32,000 bases of DNA from Candidatus Omnitrophota bacterium. GTDB lineage: Bacteria; Omnitrophota; Gorgyraeia; Duberdicusellales; 4484-171. Under the pieces are notes generated by a model that searched no databases, was not told the origin of the DNA, and was given only the letters and a program-made list of their open reading frames with translations. The stretch lies in NCBI GenBank assembly GCA_021735045.1, contig JAIPHU010000003.1, forward strand, positions 30,001 to 62,000, written 5' to 3'. How positions within the stretch are numbered: the first letter of the stretch is position 1; every line of letters begins with the position of its first letter. Position numbers and translations under genes: made by a program. Shown here piece after piece: positions 1 to 9,307 of the stretch.

Positions 1-419
1 AATACCATTACAAACAAAGCGACTGTCTCAATTACCCCCAATACCGTTATGTATTGGCCAAAACCTTTACCTGTTTCAGCTAAAGCATCACAAGCGCGAG
101 CCGCAGCCTTACCCTGCATATAAGCAGAAGCTGCCATGGCTAAACCAGCAATAAAACCTAGAATCATTAAGTAAATATAGTTTTGGGTACCCGCTGGTAT
201 ATTTGCATTTTGTATTTGATTTCGTAAAATCATCCCATAAATAGTTTGAGTTAAAGGCGCCCCTACAAAAGCAACCATGGTAAACGGAGCTGTTTTGTTT
301 TGTGAAAAAGCTTTTTTCCAAGCTCCAACCGCCGCCATCCCAGCAACACCTGTACCTAAAGCAGAACCAACTGCTGCAATAGCCAAAGAAAAATTAAGAT
401 CACCTAATCCTTCTACCAT
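1..419 (-). CDS. ntpK: V-type ATP synthase subunit K (proteolipid), 3' end runs off the window
   Basis: Absent from the ORF track because there is no stop in the window. My translation from the ATG at 417-419 reads MVEGLGDLNFSLAIAAVGSALGTGVAGMAAVGAWKKAFSQNKTAPFTMVAFVGAPLTQTIYGMIL...GKGFGQYITVLGVIETVALFVMV. It has Gly/Ala-rich TM helices with a membrane-embedded Glu (VIETVALF). An AGGAGG SD lies at 425-430 on the minus strand. It is the last gene of the V-ATPase operon. Confidence 0.8.
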   Translation of the reverse strand, partial: MVEGLGDLNFSLAIAAVGSALGTGVAGMAAVGAWKKAFSQNKTAPFTMVAFVGAPLTQTIYGMILRNQIQNANIPAGTQNYIYLMILGFIAGLAMAASAYMQGKAAARACDALAETGKGFGQYITVLGVIETVALFVMV

Positions 420-436
420 TTTTACCTCCTTTTTAT

Positions 437-531
437 TAGAAAATAGATAATAGAAATTAGAAGCTAGAAAAATATTTTACTTATTATTTTTTTATATTCT
501 CTAATTTCTATCTTCTCTTTTCTATCTTCTT
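437..531. repeat. Two inverted arrays of heptad-periodic repeats in the ntpI-ntpK spacer: TAGAnnn x5 at 437-471 and nnnTCTA x5 at 497-531
   Basis: Read directly. The first array is TAGAAAA TAGATAA TAGAAAT TAGAAGC TAGAAAA. The second is TTCTCTA ATTTCTA TCTTCTC TTTTCTA TCTTCTT. The arrays share a perfect 12-bp inverted repeat, ATAGAAATTAGA / TCTAATTTCTAT. Confidence 0.85.
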
Positions 532-533
532 CT

Positions 534-2297
534 TTATTTAAATGGCTGGTATTTCTTACCAGACCACTCCATACCTAGTTGACCGGAAAACTCTAACATA
601 TTAAGCCTTACTCCGTGTACAATAACTGACATCAGCCCTAACAAAATATTTAAACCATGGCCAAAAAAAAGAATAATTGCAGCTAAAAAACCTCCTAAAA
701 TCCCTGAACCGGCGCCAAGCGCCATAGTATTAAAGGTAGAAGCAACCGCCACTGTAGCATAACCTACAGCAAAAAGCCGCAAATAAGAGACGATATCTGA
801 AAACGAACTAATAATATCCAAAGGTAAAGTTCCTAAACTAGATAATGCTCCTTTTAGTATATTTTTTTGCCAATTAGAAAATAAAATAACTGCTGTTATT
901 CCTACAGTCCCTAAGATTAAACTAAAATCTGGAATAGGATTATTTAAAACTAGTTTCCCGGCCACAAAAAAAGCCGCCCAAAGTATACAAACCCAGCCAA
1001 TCTCTGCTAAGGCTTTCAGAGAATTAAGGTAGCGAAAAGCTTTTATAAGATGTGCTACCGATAGATGAACTACCCCAATTATAAAACAAAAATAGATCAT
1101 AAAGCTTTGATTTGCCTGAACAAAACTGTTAATTTTGTTAATAACTAAAAGTTTAAATACCGGTAACTGAGCAATATTTTCTGCACCAAACCAAGTACCA
1201 GATAACGCTCCCCAAATAATTGTAGAAATTGCTAAAACATAGATCAAAAAAAACGGAGCCGCAGGAGCTTTTTTAAATTTCTTTCTTGCTAAATAAGTTA
1301 AGATCAAAAAAATAAAACCGTAGCCGGCATCGCCAATCAACATCGCAAAAAATAAACTAAAAAACATTAAAAACCAGAAGCTTATATCATATTCTTTATA
1401 GCCCGGCAAAGTTCCCATAAAATTAAAAATAGGCTTTATGATTTCAACCCATTTTGGATTTTTAAGTAATGTGGGTACTTTCTGTGGATTATCCGGTTTT
1501 TGAACAACTATCCCCCAGCCCTTTTCTTTAGCCATCTCTTTTAGGTTTTCTACTGAAGCTTTGGGGCAAAACCCTAAAAGCCAAGACAAATTCTTTGACT
1601 CTGCCATTCCAAATTTTACTTTTATAAACTCAAACTTATTGATTAATTTATTTTTATACTCTTTAAAACAATGTTTGTAGACAGAGTATGATCTTATCTG
1701 TTCTTCTATCTCGTTTTTGCTTTCTTCTAGATAGTTAATTTTTTCTTTAAGTGACTGGAGGCTTTCCTTAGGAACTTCGACCCTTTTAAACCCTAGATCC
1801 TTATTCTTATCTCTGGCGATATCTACTACCTGCAGATTAGGCCCCATCTGGCCTAGAACAAAAATTAAATTATTTTCTTTAACTTTTTTAAACTCCTTTT
1901 GACTGCAGCTGTATAAATTTATAAAAACACCTTTATCGGCTAGTCTTTGAATATCTTTTTTTGAGATATCTCCCCATTGGCTAAACCAAACAGTTTTAGC
2001 TTTAAGCTCTACTAAATTTTCTTTTATTTTATTTTTTTCTTCTAATAATCCTATAATTTCTTTAGGAATAGCTACTAGTTCTTCTTTGCTAAGTTTTTTT
2101 TGTTTTTTCGATTCACCTAAAAATGTTAAAACTTTATCTATCCTGGATACTCTTTTTTTTACTGTATCTATATAGTCTGCATGCGGTTTTTTTAGATGAG
2201 ACACATGGACCACTCCTAGCTCGCGCAAATCATGTAAAGCTGAATCAATGCTTGTTTTTGAAACTAAAATTGTAACTTTGCTCATCTTTACAATCAT
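534..2297 (-). CDS. ntpI: V-type ATP synthase subunit I (membrane a-type subunit)
   Basis: 587-aa ORF with a soluble coiled-coil N-terminal half and a multi-TM C-terminal half ending ...GVRLNMLEFSGQLGMEWSG, typical of subunit I. An AGAGGT SD precedes the first ATG. It sits between ntpD and ntpK. Confidence 0.9.
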   Translation of the reverse strand: MIVKMSKVTILVSKTSIDSALHDLRELGVVHVSHLKKPHADYIDTVKKRVSRIDKVLTFLGESKKQKKLSKEELVAIPKEIIGLLEEKNKIKENLVELKAKTVWFSQWGDISKKDIQRLADKGVFINLYSCSQKEFKKVKENNLIFVLGQMGPNLQVVDIARDKNKDLGFKRVEVPKESLQSLKEKINYLEESKNEIEEQIRSYSVYKHCFKEYKNKLINKFEFIKVKFGMAESKNLSWLLGFCPKASVENLKEMAKEKGWGIVVQKPDNPQKVPTLLKNPKWVEIIKPIFNFMGTLPGYKEYDISFWFLMFFSLFFAMLIGDAGYGFIFLILTYLARKKFKKAPAAPFFLIYVLAISTIIWGALSGTWFGAENIAQLPVFKLLVINKINSFVQANQSFMIYFCFIIGVVHLSVAHLIKAFRYLNSLKALAEIGWVCILWAAFFVAGKLVLNNPIPDFSLILGTVGITAVILFSNWQKNILKGALSSLGTLPLDIISSFSDIVSYLRLFAVGYATVAVASTFNTMALGAGSGILGGFLAAIILFFGHGLNILLGLMSVIVHGVRLNMLEFSGQLGMEWSGKKYQPFK

Positions 2298-2329
2298 TTA
2301 TTACCTCTTGCTTATCATCCTTTAACCAT

Positions 2330-2938
2330 TTATTGATTTATAGCCTTTTTTTGTTCAATTTTTGCTTTAGCAATTTTACCCCTGACTACAGCCGCTGTTC
2401 TTCTTTCCCCTAAATAAATTTGAATTATTCGAATATTATCTTCTGTCTCAGGAATTTTAACTTTCTCAAATAAATTTACCCTTTGATTAGTAATCCTTAA
2501 CTCTTCCTTTAAGGCATCTAGTTGTTTATGTAGCACGATTAACTGCGCTTTATAGCTGATCATTTCTTTAACCGCTTCAATTCCGGAATCAACCCAAAAC
2601 GGAGTTATCAAAAAATCATAACCATCTTGGCTAAATTCAACCTTATCAAAAATAGGTAGATCAACACCAGCTACATTACCTTCTTTGGTCTTTATAGCTT
2701 TAACATTTAACAGTTCTCCTATAGGATTTTGTTGAGCAAACACATCAACCCATTCAATAACTTGATTTCTGAAACCCTCTTCTTGGCCTGACACCTCATC
2801 TATCTGCTTATGAACTTTTAGGATTTGCCTCTGCAGCTGTTTTTTCTTTAGCTGTAAGGTAGGAAGATATCGCCTGAATCTTGCTAAAGAATCTTTTTGC
2901 TTGCGTAACTCTTGTTTGGTTATTCTAACTTTTGCCAT
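2330..2938 (-). CDS. ntpD: V-type ATP synthase subunit D
   Basis: 202-aa ORF, basic and coiled-coil ([17 protein letters not shown]...), with a 14-nt overlap with ntpB. It follows B, as in V/A-ATPase operons. Confidence 0.88.
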   Translation of the reverse strand: MAKVRITKQELRKQKDSLARFRRYLPTLQLKKKQLQRQILKVHKQIDEVSGQEEGFRNQVIEWVDVFAQQNPIGELLNVKAIKTKEGNVAGVDLPIFDKVEFSQDGYDFLITPFWVDSGIEAVKEMISYKAQLIVLHKQLDALKEELRITNQRVNLFEKVKIPETEDNIRIIQIYLGERRTAAVVRGKIAKAKIEQKKAINQ

Positions 2939-4226
2939 TAGGCCAAAACTCTTTTATCAAGTCACTTCTAAAGCTAGTTTCTTCCGGCTCAAAACAATCC
3001 GAAAGAATCTGCCAGCCATTATCTAAGGCCTTCTCGAGAGGAATATTTACTGCTAAATCCATCATCTCTGATTCAAAAAGCTTGCCGTATTTAAGAAGCT
3101 TTTTATCCCAAGAACTCATTCTAAAACCCATTGAACGCTTTTCTTCAGTATCCCTGTATTGAGCATAAAGTTGGATCATCCCATCCATAATCGCCCGATG
3201 ATCTTTTCTCGTCTTATCGTTTACCTGCTGCTTAAGGCGGCTTAGTGACCCAAAAGGTGCTATTGAGCCTCCCCGCAGGTAAAATTGGCCTTCGGTAATA
3301 TAGCCTGTATTGTCAGGAACCGGATGAGTTACATCATCGCCGGGCATGGTAGTTACTGATAAAACAGTAATCGAACCTGCATCTTCAAACTCAACTGCTT
3401 TTTCATATCTTTTCGCTAACTGACTGTAAAGATCGCCCGGATAACCTCTGTTGGAAGGAACTTGCTCCATAGTAATCGCAATCTCTTTTAAAGCATCAGC
3501 AAAATTGGTCATATCTGAAAGTAAAACTAAAACATCTTTATTCTCAAGTGCGAATTTTTCTGCAACCGCCAGACAAAGATCAGGAATCATCAACCCTTCA
3601 ACTACGGGGTCAGATGCGGTATGAACAAAAAACACCGAACGAGAAAGAGCCCCACCTTCTTCTAATTTATTCTTAAAAAATAAATATTGATCATGCTTTA
3701 GGCCAATTCCGCCCAAAATTATCATATCAGCCTCAGCTTGTAAAGCAATTCTAGCTAACAACTCATTATAAGGCTCACCGGATATAGAAAATATGGGCAG
3801 CTTTTGAGAAACAACTAAAGAGTTAAAAACATCGATCATTGGTATATTTGTCCTAATCATCCTCTCGGGGATAGTTCTTTTAACTGGATTAACTGTCGGG
3901 CCTGATATCTCAATTGTATTTTCTGTTAAACTGGGCCCTTTATCTCTAGGCCTTCCGCTTCCGTCAAATACTCTACCTAACATATCCTCGGAAAATGAAA
4001 CTTTCATCGGATAGCCTAAAAATATTACTTGGTCATTAGTTGAAATTCCCCGGCTTCCTGCAAAGACCTGCAAAGATACTAAATCGCCATCAACTTTTAT
4101 AACCTGAGCTAAAGATTTACCCCTACTGCTTCTAACTTCAGCCAGCTCTTGGTAAGAAACATCTTTTGCTTTAACTGTGATTACATTTCCGATAATGCTT
4201 AAAATTTTACTATGAACTTTTCTCAT
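2925..4226 (-). CDS. ntpB: V-type ATP synthase subunit B (non-catalytic)
   Basis: 433-aa ORF. Motifs include [45 protein letters not shown] and [20 protein letters not shown]. Its start overlaps the ntpA stop (ATGA). Confidence 0.95.
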   Translation of the reverse strand: MRKVHSKILSIIGNVITVKAKDVSYQELAEVRSSRGKSLAQVIKVDGDLVSLQVFAGSRGISTNDQVIFLGYPMKVSFSEDMLGRVFDGSGRPRDKGPSLTENTIEISGPTVNPVKRTIPERMIRTNIPMIDVFNSLVVSQKLPIFSISGEPYNELLARIALQAEADMIILGGIGLKHDQYLFFKNKLEEGGALSRSVFFVHTASDPVVEGLMIPDLCLAVAEKFALENKDVLVLLSDMTNFADALKEIAITMEQVPSNRGYPGDLYSQLAKRYEKAVEFEDAGSITVLSVTTMPGDDVTHPVPDNTGYITEGQFYLRGGSIAPFGSLSRLKQQVNDKTRKDHRAIMDGMIQLYAQYRDTEEKRSMGFRMSSWDKKLLKYGKLFESEMMDLAVNIPLEKALDNGWQILSDCFEPEETSFRSDLIKEFWPNGKS

Positions 4227-5965
4227 TCTCCTTCCTCTTTTTGTTTTTGTGAACTTAAAAATTGATCAATCTCTTTTTCTAAGTTTTCATATTTATCTGA
4301 ACCTTGCTCTGTATAGTTCCAATCAATAAAAAGCGATCTTAGTTTATAAAACATCTTTCTTGCCTGATCTTTATCAGAAAAACTAAACTTAACATCAAGA
4401 ATAGAAAATATTTTATCAAAAACATAGGTTTGCCGCTTGATTCCTGTGGCTGCATCTACTGGATTAAACCCGTTCTGTTGAAGATAAACCGCATCTAAAA
4501 ATTCAGCCTTCAGATATACTTGATAATCATCTATTGAAGTACCTTCTTCACCTACAACTTTCATCATCTGGTCGACTTCATCCCCCTTAGTTAAAACATC
4601 TTTAGCTTTTTGTACTTTATTTTTATCTAAAGGCGTTTGGTAGCGTGACCAGCTTTGCAACGGATCCACTGAAGGATATTTGCGGGCATTAGCTCTGTCT
4701 CGGGACAAGCCGTGGAAAGCCCCCACAACTTTAAGAGTGGATTGGGTAACTGGTTCATCAAAATTTCCCCCGGCCGGAGAGACAGTCCCGCCAATGGTAA
4801 GACTTCCTTTTTTATCAAAGGGAAGCTGAACCTGGCCGGCTCTTTCGTAGAATTCAGCAATGCGAGATTCAAGATAAGCAGGATAAGCTTCTTCTCCTGG
4901 AATTTCTTCCAACCTTCCTGAAATTTCGCGCATTGCTTGAGCCCAACGCGAAGTTGAATCTGCTAAAAGTAAAACATTTAACCCCATCTGTCGGTAATAC
5001 TCACCTAAAGTTGCGGCAGTATAAACCGATGCATCCCTGGCTGCAACCGGCATCGAACTTGTGTTGCAAATAACAATAGTTCTTTCCATAAGCGAACGCC
5101 CTGTACGCGGATCTTTTAATTTGGGAAATTCTTTTAAAGTTTCAACAACTTCTCCGGCTCTTTCCCCACAAGCAGCAAGCACCACAACATCTACATCTGC
5201 ATAACGGCTTATAAGTTGCTGCAAGACTGTTTTGCCTGATCCAAACGGACCGGGTATACAATAAGTTCCTCCTTTAGCCACTGGAAAAAAAGTATCTAAA
5301 ATTCTCATCTTGGTAACTAATGATTCTTGCGGTGTAAACTTTTGAGTATAAGCTGAAATAGGAACCTTAACCGGCCAATTAGCTACCATAGTTACTTTTA
5401 TCTTATTCCCGGATTGGTTTCCCAAAACTGCTATTTTATCCTTAACTTTATAGTCACCTTCTGAAGATATTTCTTCAACAGTTAAATCTCCTTTTGCAGA
5501 AAAAGGAACAAAAATAAAATGCTTAAAAATTCCTTCTTCAACATAACCCAGAGGTTGTCCCGCTGAAACCTTTTTACCTTTAATGTTTTCTTTAGGCCTA
5601 AAATGCCACTTTTTTTTGCTGTCTACAGCTTCAAGTTGTTTACCCCTGGGCAAAAAGACCCCAAACTCTTTGGCCAAATCATGAAGAGGATTTTGCAACC
5701 CATCATAAACCTGTCCAAGAAGGCCCGGGCCAAGCTCAACTGAAATCATTTCGCCTGAAAACTCAACCTTATCGCCTACTTTTATACCTTTTGTGTCTTC
5801 AAAAACCTGCATAGAAACAGTATTTTGGTTTATACGGATAACTTCTGATTTAAGGCGCTGCTGGTTGGCCACAACATAACCCACTTCATTCTGAGAAACA
5901 CTTTCAGCAAATTCAACTGTAATCATATTCCCGCTAATTGCGGTTATTTTACCGGATTTTTTCAT
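4223..5965 (-). CDS. ntpA: V-type ATP synthase subunit A (catalytic)
   Basis: 580-aa ORF. Walker A is GPFGSGKT. It also has [33 protein letters not shown] and the non-homologous insert typical of A subunits. Confidence 0.96.
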   Translation of the reverse strand: MKKSGKITAISGNMITVEFAESVSQNEVGYVVANQQRLKSEVIRINQNTVSMQVFEDTKGIKVGDKVEFSGEMISVELGPGLLGQVYDGLQNPLHDLAKEFGVFLPRGKQLEAVDSKKKWHFRPKENIKGKKVSAGQPLGYVEEGIFKHFIFVPFSAKGDLTVEEISSEGDYKVKDKIAVLGNQSGNKIKVTMVANWPVKVPISAYTQKFTPQESLVTKMRILDTFFPVAKGGTYCIPGPFGSGKTVLQQLISRYADVDVVVLAACGERAGEVVETLKEFPKLKDPRTGRSLMERTIVICNTSSMPVAARDASVYTAATLGEYYRQMGLNVLLLADSTSRWAQAMREISGRLEEIPGEEAYPAYLESRIAEFYERAGQVQLPFDKKGSLTIGGTVSPAGGNFDEPVTQSTLKVVGAFHGLSRDRANARKYPSVDPLQSWSRYQTPLDKNKVQKAKDVLTKGDEVDQMMKVVGEEGTSIDDYQVYLKAEFLDAVYLQQNGFNPVDAATGIKRQTYVFDKIFSILDVKFSFSDKDQARKMFYKLRSLFIDWNYTEQGSDKYENLEKEIDQFLSSQKQKEEGE

Positions 5966-6082
5966 CTTTTAACCTCATTACTTTTTTCTTCCTTTCAAAG
6001 CTTAACTTCAATCGTTAGTTTTTCCCCTTAATCAGCAATTGATGGAACCAATATTTTCTCTCTTTACGACAGGTAGCTTTTG

Positions 6083-6595
6083 CTATCGCAAAAGATTGGT
6101 TTCATTTTCTACCTCTGTTAATGAATCAAATTTTTTAGTTCCTTCTTTTTTATCAAAACTCAATACTTTTTCTAATATTTGCAATTTTAGAAAATAAGCT
6201 ATTACCGCCTCTAAGTTAAAAACATATTCTTTAGACCGCTCGCTGAGCTCTTGCCACCTGTAAAAAAATAGTTTATTCTCAACTTCCAGCGGATTACCCT
6301 CAAGAAGTTTCTTTTCTAAAATCAATCGGGGCCCATATTCTTGTTTACTTTTTTTACTCTGTCTGTAAGCTGCCAACTCTTTTCTTAAACTTAGCTCAAA
6401 CTCTTTATATTCTTGTAAAAACCGGTTTTTACCTTTTTTTTCTAAATCATCCAGATCCGCTTCTTGCAGCTTAATAAAATCTTCTTTAGTTAACCATTTT
6501 TTTGCTTCCTCTAGAAAAGAATTCTTATCTAAATAGTTTTGTTCCCTAAATTTAAGCAGAGGAAGTTGAGCAATAAGATAGTAGTATTTATCCAT
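6083..6595 (-). CDS. DUF2764-like protein of V-ATPase operons (function unknown)
   Basis: 170-aa ORF starting MDKYYYLIAQLPLL. It sits between subunits E and A. As I recall, a DUF2764 gene occupies this slot in Chlamydia/Bacteroidetes/spirochaete-type V-ATPase operons. The assignment rests on position and the N-terminal motif only. Confidence 0.55.
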   Translation of the reverse strand: MDKYYYLIAQLPLLKFREQNYLDKNSFLEEAKKWLTKEDFIKLQEADLDDLEKKGKNRFLQEYKEFELSLRKELAAYRQSKKSKQEYGPRLILEKKLLEGNPLEVENKLFFYRWQELSERSKEYVFNLEAVIAYFLKLQILEKVLSFDKKEGTKKFDSLTEVENETNLLR

Positions 6596-7199
6596 TCTTT
6601 TTATCTGAAATTAGATCTGCTAGAGTAGAATTTAAAAAAACCGATAAACTTTCAGTTATGCCTTCATCGGAGAAATCATAGTAGGTGTCTTCTCCTTTTA
6701 CCCCAACCTGAAAACCTTTTTCTATTGTACTAGAGCTTTTTATTTCAATATTATCTTTAGCTTTTTGGCCAAACTTTGAAAATATTAACTTTTCTAGCTC
6801 TTTTTTATCTTTATCGTTTACTAAAATTTCAAACTCTTTGTCTTTTTGTTTACTCCATTTATCAATTATGCTCTCTAACATTTTTGCCAGAGTATCAGGG
6901 CTTAATGATTCTTTTAATTCTTGTTTTAAAATACTGTCAAAAATAGAAGTGAGTTTTTCTCTAACTGAAAGAATCACATTACGCGCGGCTTGTTTTATGG
7001 AGCTTTGCGCGTTTTCTTGAAATTTTTGAGCTTCTTTTTTTGCTTCTTCTTTAATTTTTTCAGCTTTATCCTTTGCCTCTTGTACTATCTTTTTTTCTTT
7101 GTTGTGAGCTTGTTTTATTATCTGATCTGATTCTTGCTGGGCTTGATCTAGGCCTTCTTTTTTAATTTTCTCGATTAAACTTTCTAATTTAACATCCAT
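6588..7199 (-). CDS. ntpE: V-type ATP synthase subunit E (peripheral stalk)
   Basis: 203-aa ORF with a long Lys/Glu/Ala coiled-coil N-terminus and a globular C-terminus. It is the first gene of the operon. Confidence 0.75.
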   Translation of the reverse strand: MDVKLESLIEKIKKEGLDQAQQESDQIIKQAHNKEKKIVQEAKDKAEKIKEEAKKEAQKFQENAQSSIKQAARNVILSVREKLTSIFDSILKQELKESLSPDTLAKMLESIIDKWSKQKDKEFEILVNDKDKKELEKLIFSKFGQKAKDNIEIKSSSTIEKGFQVGVKGEDTYYDFSDEGITESLSVFLNSTLADLISDKKNG

Positions 7200-7230
7200 A
7201 TTTTCCCTCCGAATTTTTATTTAGAATGAA

Positions 7231-7258
7231 ATTATAAGGCTTTCAGTTAAAAATGCAA
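7231..7258 (-). promoter_or_regulatory. Candidate sigma70-type promoter of the V-ATPase operon
   Basis: On the minus strand: TTGCAT (7253-7258), a 16-nt spacer, then TATAAT (7231-7236). This lies about 30 nt upstream of the ntpE ATG. Motif match only. Confidence 0.4.
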
Positions 7259-7288
7259 ATTATTTTAAAACTTGCTTTTTAAACTAAT

Positions 7289-7990
7289 TTAAAAAGCACT
7301 TTCTATTAAATTTTCCGCAGCTTTATAGGGATTGTCGCTTTTGACAATAGGGCGGCCCACAACAAAATAGTCCGAACCGGATTTTACTGCATCGGCTAGA
7401 CTAGCAGTTCTTTTCTGATCATCAGCAGATGATTCCTGCTTACTCTCCAAAGCTTTAGCGTAGGAGGGCCTTATCCCGGGAGTTACAGCAAGCAAACCCG
7501 TTGTTTCTTTAATCGCCTTTGCTTCCCAGACACTGCAAACAACACCTTGGACTCCTGCTTCTTTTCCTTCTTTAGCCAAGCTTAAAATTTGCTCTAAGGA
7601 AGCTTCTTTTGAAGTTAACTCTGTAACTCCAAAAACTAAAGGAGTTCTTTTGTTTTTTTCTTTAGCATATTTTGAAATTTTATTAGTTAATGTTGAAATG
7701 CTTTCTCTGCCTGCTTTTAGGTGCACAGTAAAAGCCCAGATACCCAAATCGACAAAAGCTTTAGCAGTTTCGGCCATCGTATTTGGAATATCATAAAGTT
7801 TAAAATCTAAAAAAACCTCCGCACTTTTTTTATGAACCCAACTAATAGCCTCCGGGCCAAATCTAGTATAGGCTACCGGGCCTATTTTAAATTTTTTTAC
7901 TTTAGGGGTAAGTTTTGCGACTATATTTTTTATCTTTTGCTCCGAATCTAGATCAAGAGCAACAACTAAATTAGGCCATAAATCAGGCAT
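7289..7990 (-). CDS. pyrF: Orotidine 5'-phosphate decarboxylase
   Basis: 233-aa ORF with LDFKLYDIPNT and VVGRPI motifs. It overlaps pyrD by 8 nt. Confidence 0.92.
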   Translation of the reverse strand: MPDLWPNLVVALDLDSEQKIKNIVAKLTPKVKKFKIGPVAYTRFGPEAISWVHKKSAEVFLDFKLYDIPNTMAETAKAFVDLGIWAFTVHLKAGRESISTLTNKISKYAKEKNKRTPLVFGVTELTSKEASLEQILSLAKEGKEAGVQGVVCSVWEAKAIKETTGLLAVTPGIRPSYAKALESKQESSADDQKRTASLADAVKSGSDYFVVGRPIVKSDNPYKAAENLIESAF

Positions 7991-8888
7991 TAAAACTTCT
8001 CCTTAAATCTCCTAAATTTTTCATTTTATTTTTTTTCATATATTTTTTAACTTCCTTTAATATATCTTTTGCACTATTAGGGTCGGTCAAATTTATAGTC
8101 CCTAGGCTCACTGCAGCTGACCCGGCAAGAAAAAATTCTATAGCATCTTTATAGTTTATGATCCCGCCTCCGCCAATTACCGGAAGCTTAACAGAATTTG
8201 CCACCTGCCAGACCCTATACAAACTCATCGGCTTTATCGCCGGCCCTGAATAACCGCCAGTTATATTTCCTAAATACGATTTTTTCTTTTCTATGTCGAT
8301 AGCTAAAGAAAAATAAGTATTTACCATCGAAACTGCATCTGCACCAGCATCGGAAACAGCTTTAGCTATCTTTACAATATCAGTAACTTCTGGGGTAAGT
8401 TTTGCGATTAAAGTTTTTTTAGTTAACTTTCTTAAGTTTTTTATCAAGTCAGAACTTAATTTTTGGCTCTGTGAAATTAATTTCTTCTTACCCAAATTAG
8501 GACAAGATAGATTAAGTTCAAAAGCATCAACCTTGTCTTCTTTGTCTAGTTTCTCTACTAGTTGCTTATATTCTTTTTTAAAAGACCCCCCTAAACTTAC
8601 AATATGTTTGGTTTTTAACTTTCCTAACGCTGGAAGTTTTTCTTTAATAAATGAATCAACACCGGGATTAGCCAGCCCTATTGAGTTGATCACTCCACAA
8701 TTTGTTTCATAAATACGGGGAGGAATATTGCCTTCCCTGGGCTCTAGCGTAATAGTTTTTGAAACTACCGCCCCAATTGAGGAAAAATCAACTAGCCCCT
8801 TTAACTCATCACCAAAACCAAATGTACCAGAAGCACATATAATTGGGTTTTTTAACGTTAATTTACCAATATTGACTGCTAAATCCAT
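7983..8888 (-). CDS. pyrD: Dihydroorotate dehydrogenase, class 1B catalytic subunit
   Basis: 301-aa ORF. Motifs include NPIICASGTFGFG, ELNLSCPN, GGYSGPAIKP and IGGGGI. A pyrK partner lies nearby. Confidence 0.92.
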   Translation of the reverse strand: MDLAVNIGKLTLKNPIICASGTFGFGDELKGLVDFSSIGAVVSKTITLEPREGNIPPRIYETNCGVINSIGLANPGVDSFIKEKLPALGKLKTKHIVSLGGSFKKEYKQLVEKLDKEDKVDAFELNLSCPNLGKKKLISQSQKLSSDLIKNLRKLTKKTLIAKLTPEVTDIVKIAKAVSDAGADAVSMVNTYFSLAIDIEKKKSYLGNITGGYSGPAIKPMSLYRVWQVANSVKLPVIGGGGIINYKDAIEFFLAGSAAVSLGTINLTDPNSAKDILKEVKKYMKKNKMKNLGDLRRSFNA

Positions 8889-8933
8889 CTTCTTATTCTA
8901 TTCTATAACCACTTAATTTTCAAATAATAAAAG

Positions 8934-9290
8934 TTACTTACCTAAGATCATTTTTAAAGAAACAACTAATAAAAACGCACCGAAAAATCTTTTTAGAACT
9001 AAATCTGGTATTTTATGAACAAATTTTGCCCCTAAATAACCACCGACAAAAAAACCTAGACACATTAGTGCTGCTACTTTTATCTTTACATTGCCGGCCT
9101 GATAATACTTGATTGCAGCCAATAAGCCAATGGGGGGAATCATCATCGCTAAAGTTGTGCCTTGAGCTTGATGCTGGCTAAACCCAACCAAATAAACCAA
9201 AGCAGGAATCATTACAGCTCCTCCTCCTAGCCCTAAAAAACCACTAAAAACCCCTGCACCCAATCCTAAAGCTATATATAAATACCACAT
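8934..9290 (-). CDS. TauE/SafE (TSUP) family membrane protein, half-size with 4 TM segments
   Basis: 118-aa ORF with GAGVFSGFLGLGGGAVMIPAL, the TSUP signature. An AGGAGG SD is present. It is inserted between pyrK and pyrD. Confidence 0.7.
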   Translation of the reverse strand: MWYLYIALGLGAGVFSGFLGLGGGAVMIPALVYLVGFSQHQAQGTTLAMMIPPIGLLAAIKYYQAGNVKIKVAALMCLGFFVGGYLGAKFVHKIPDLVLKRFFGAFLLVVSLKMILGK

Positions 9291-9307
9291 ATTTTCCTCC
9301 TTAAATC

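Noticed and set aside
109-321. 70-aa minus-strand ORF from the track
   Set aside because: It lies out of frame inside the much better supported ntpK reading frame, which runs from the ATG at 417-419 to the window edge. Its peptide is low-complexity and matches no recognisable family.
437-531. CRISPR array
   Set aside because: The repeats are 7-nt periodic, degenerate and contiguous, with no spacers. There are no cas genes. Nothing elsewhere in the window has repeat-spacer architecture.
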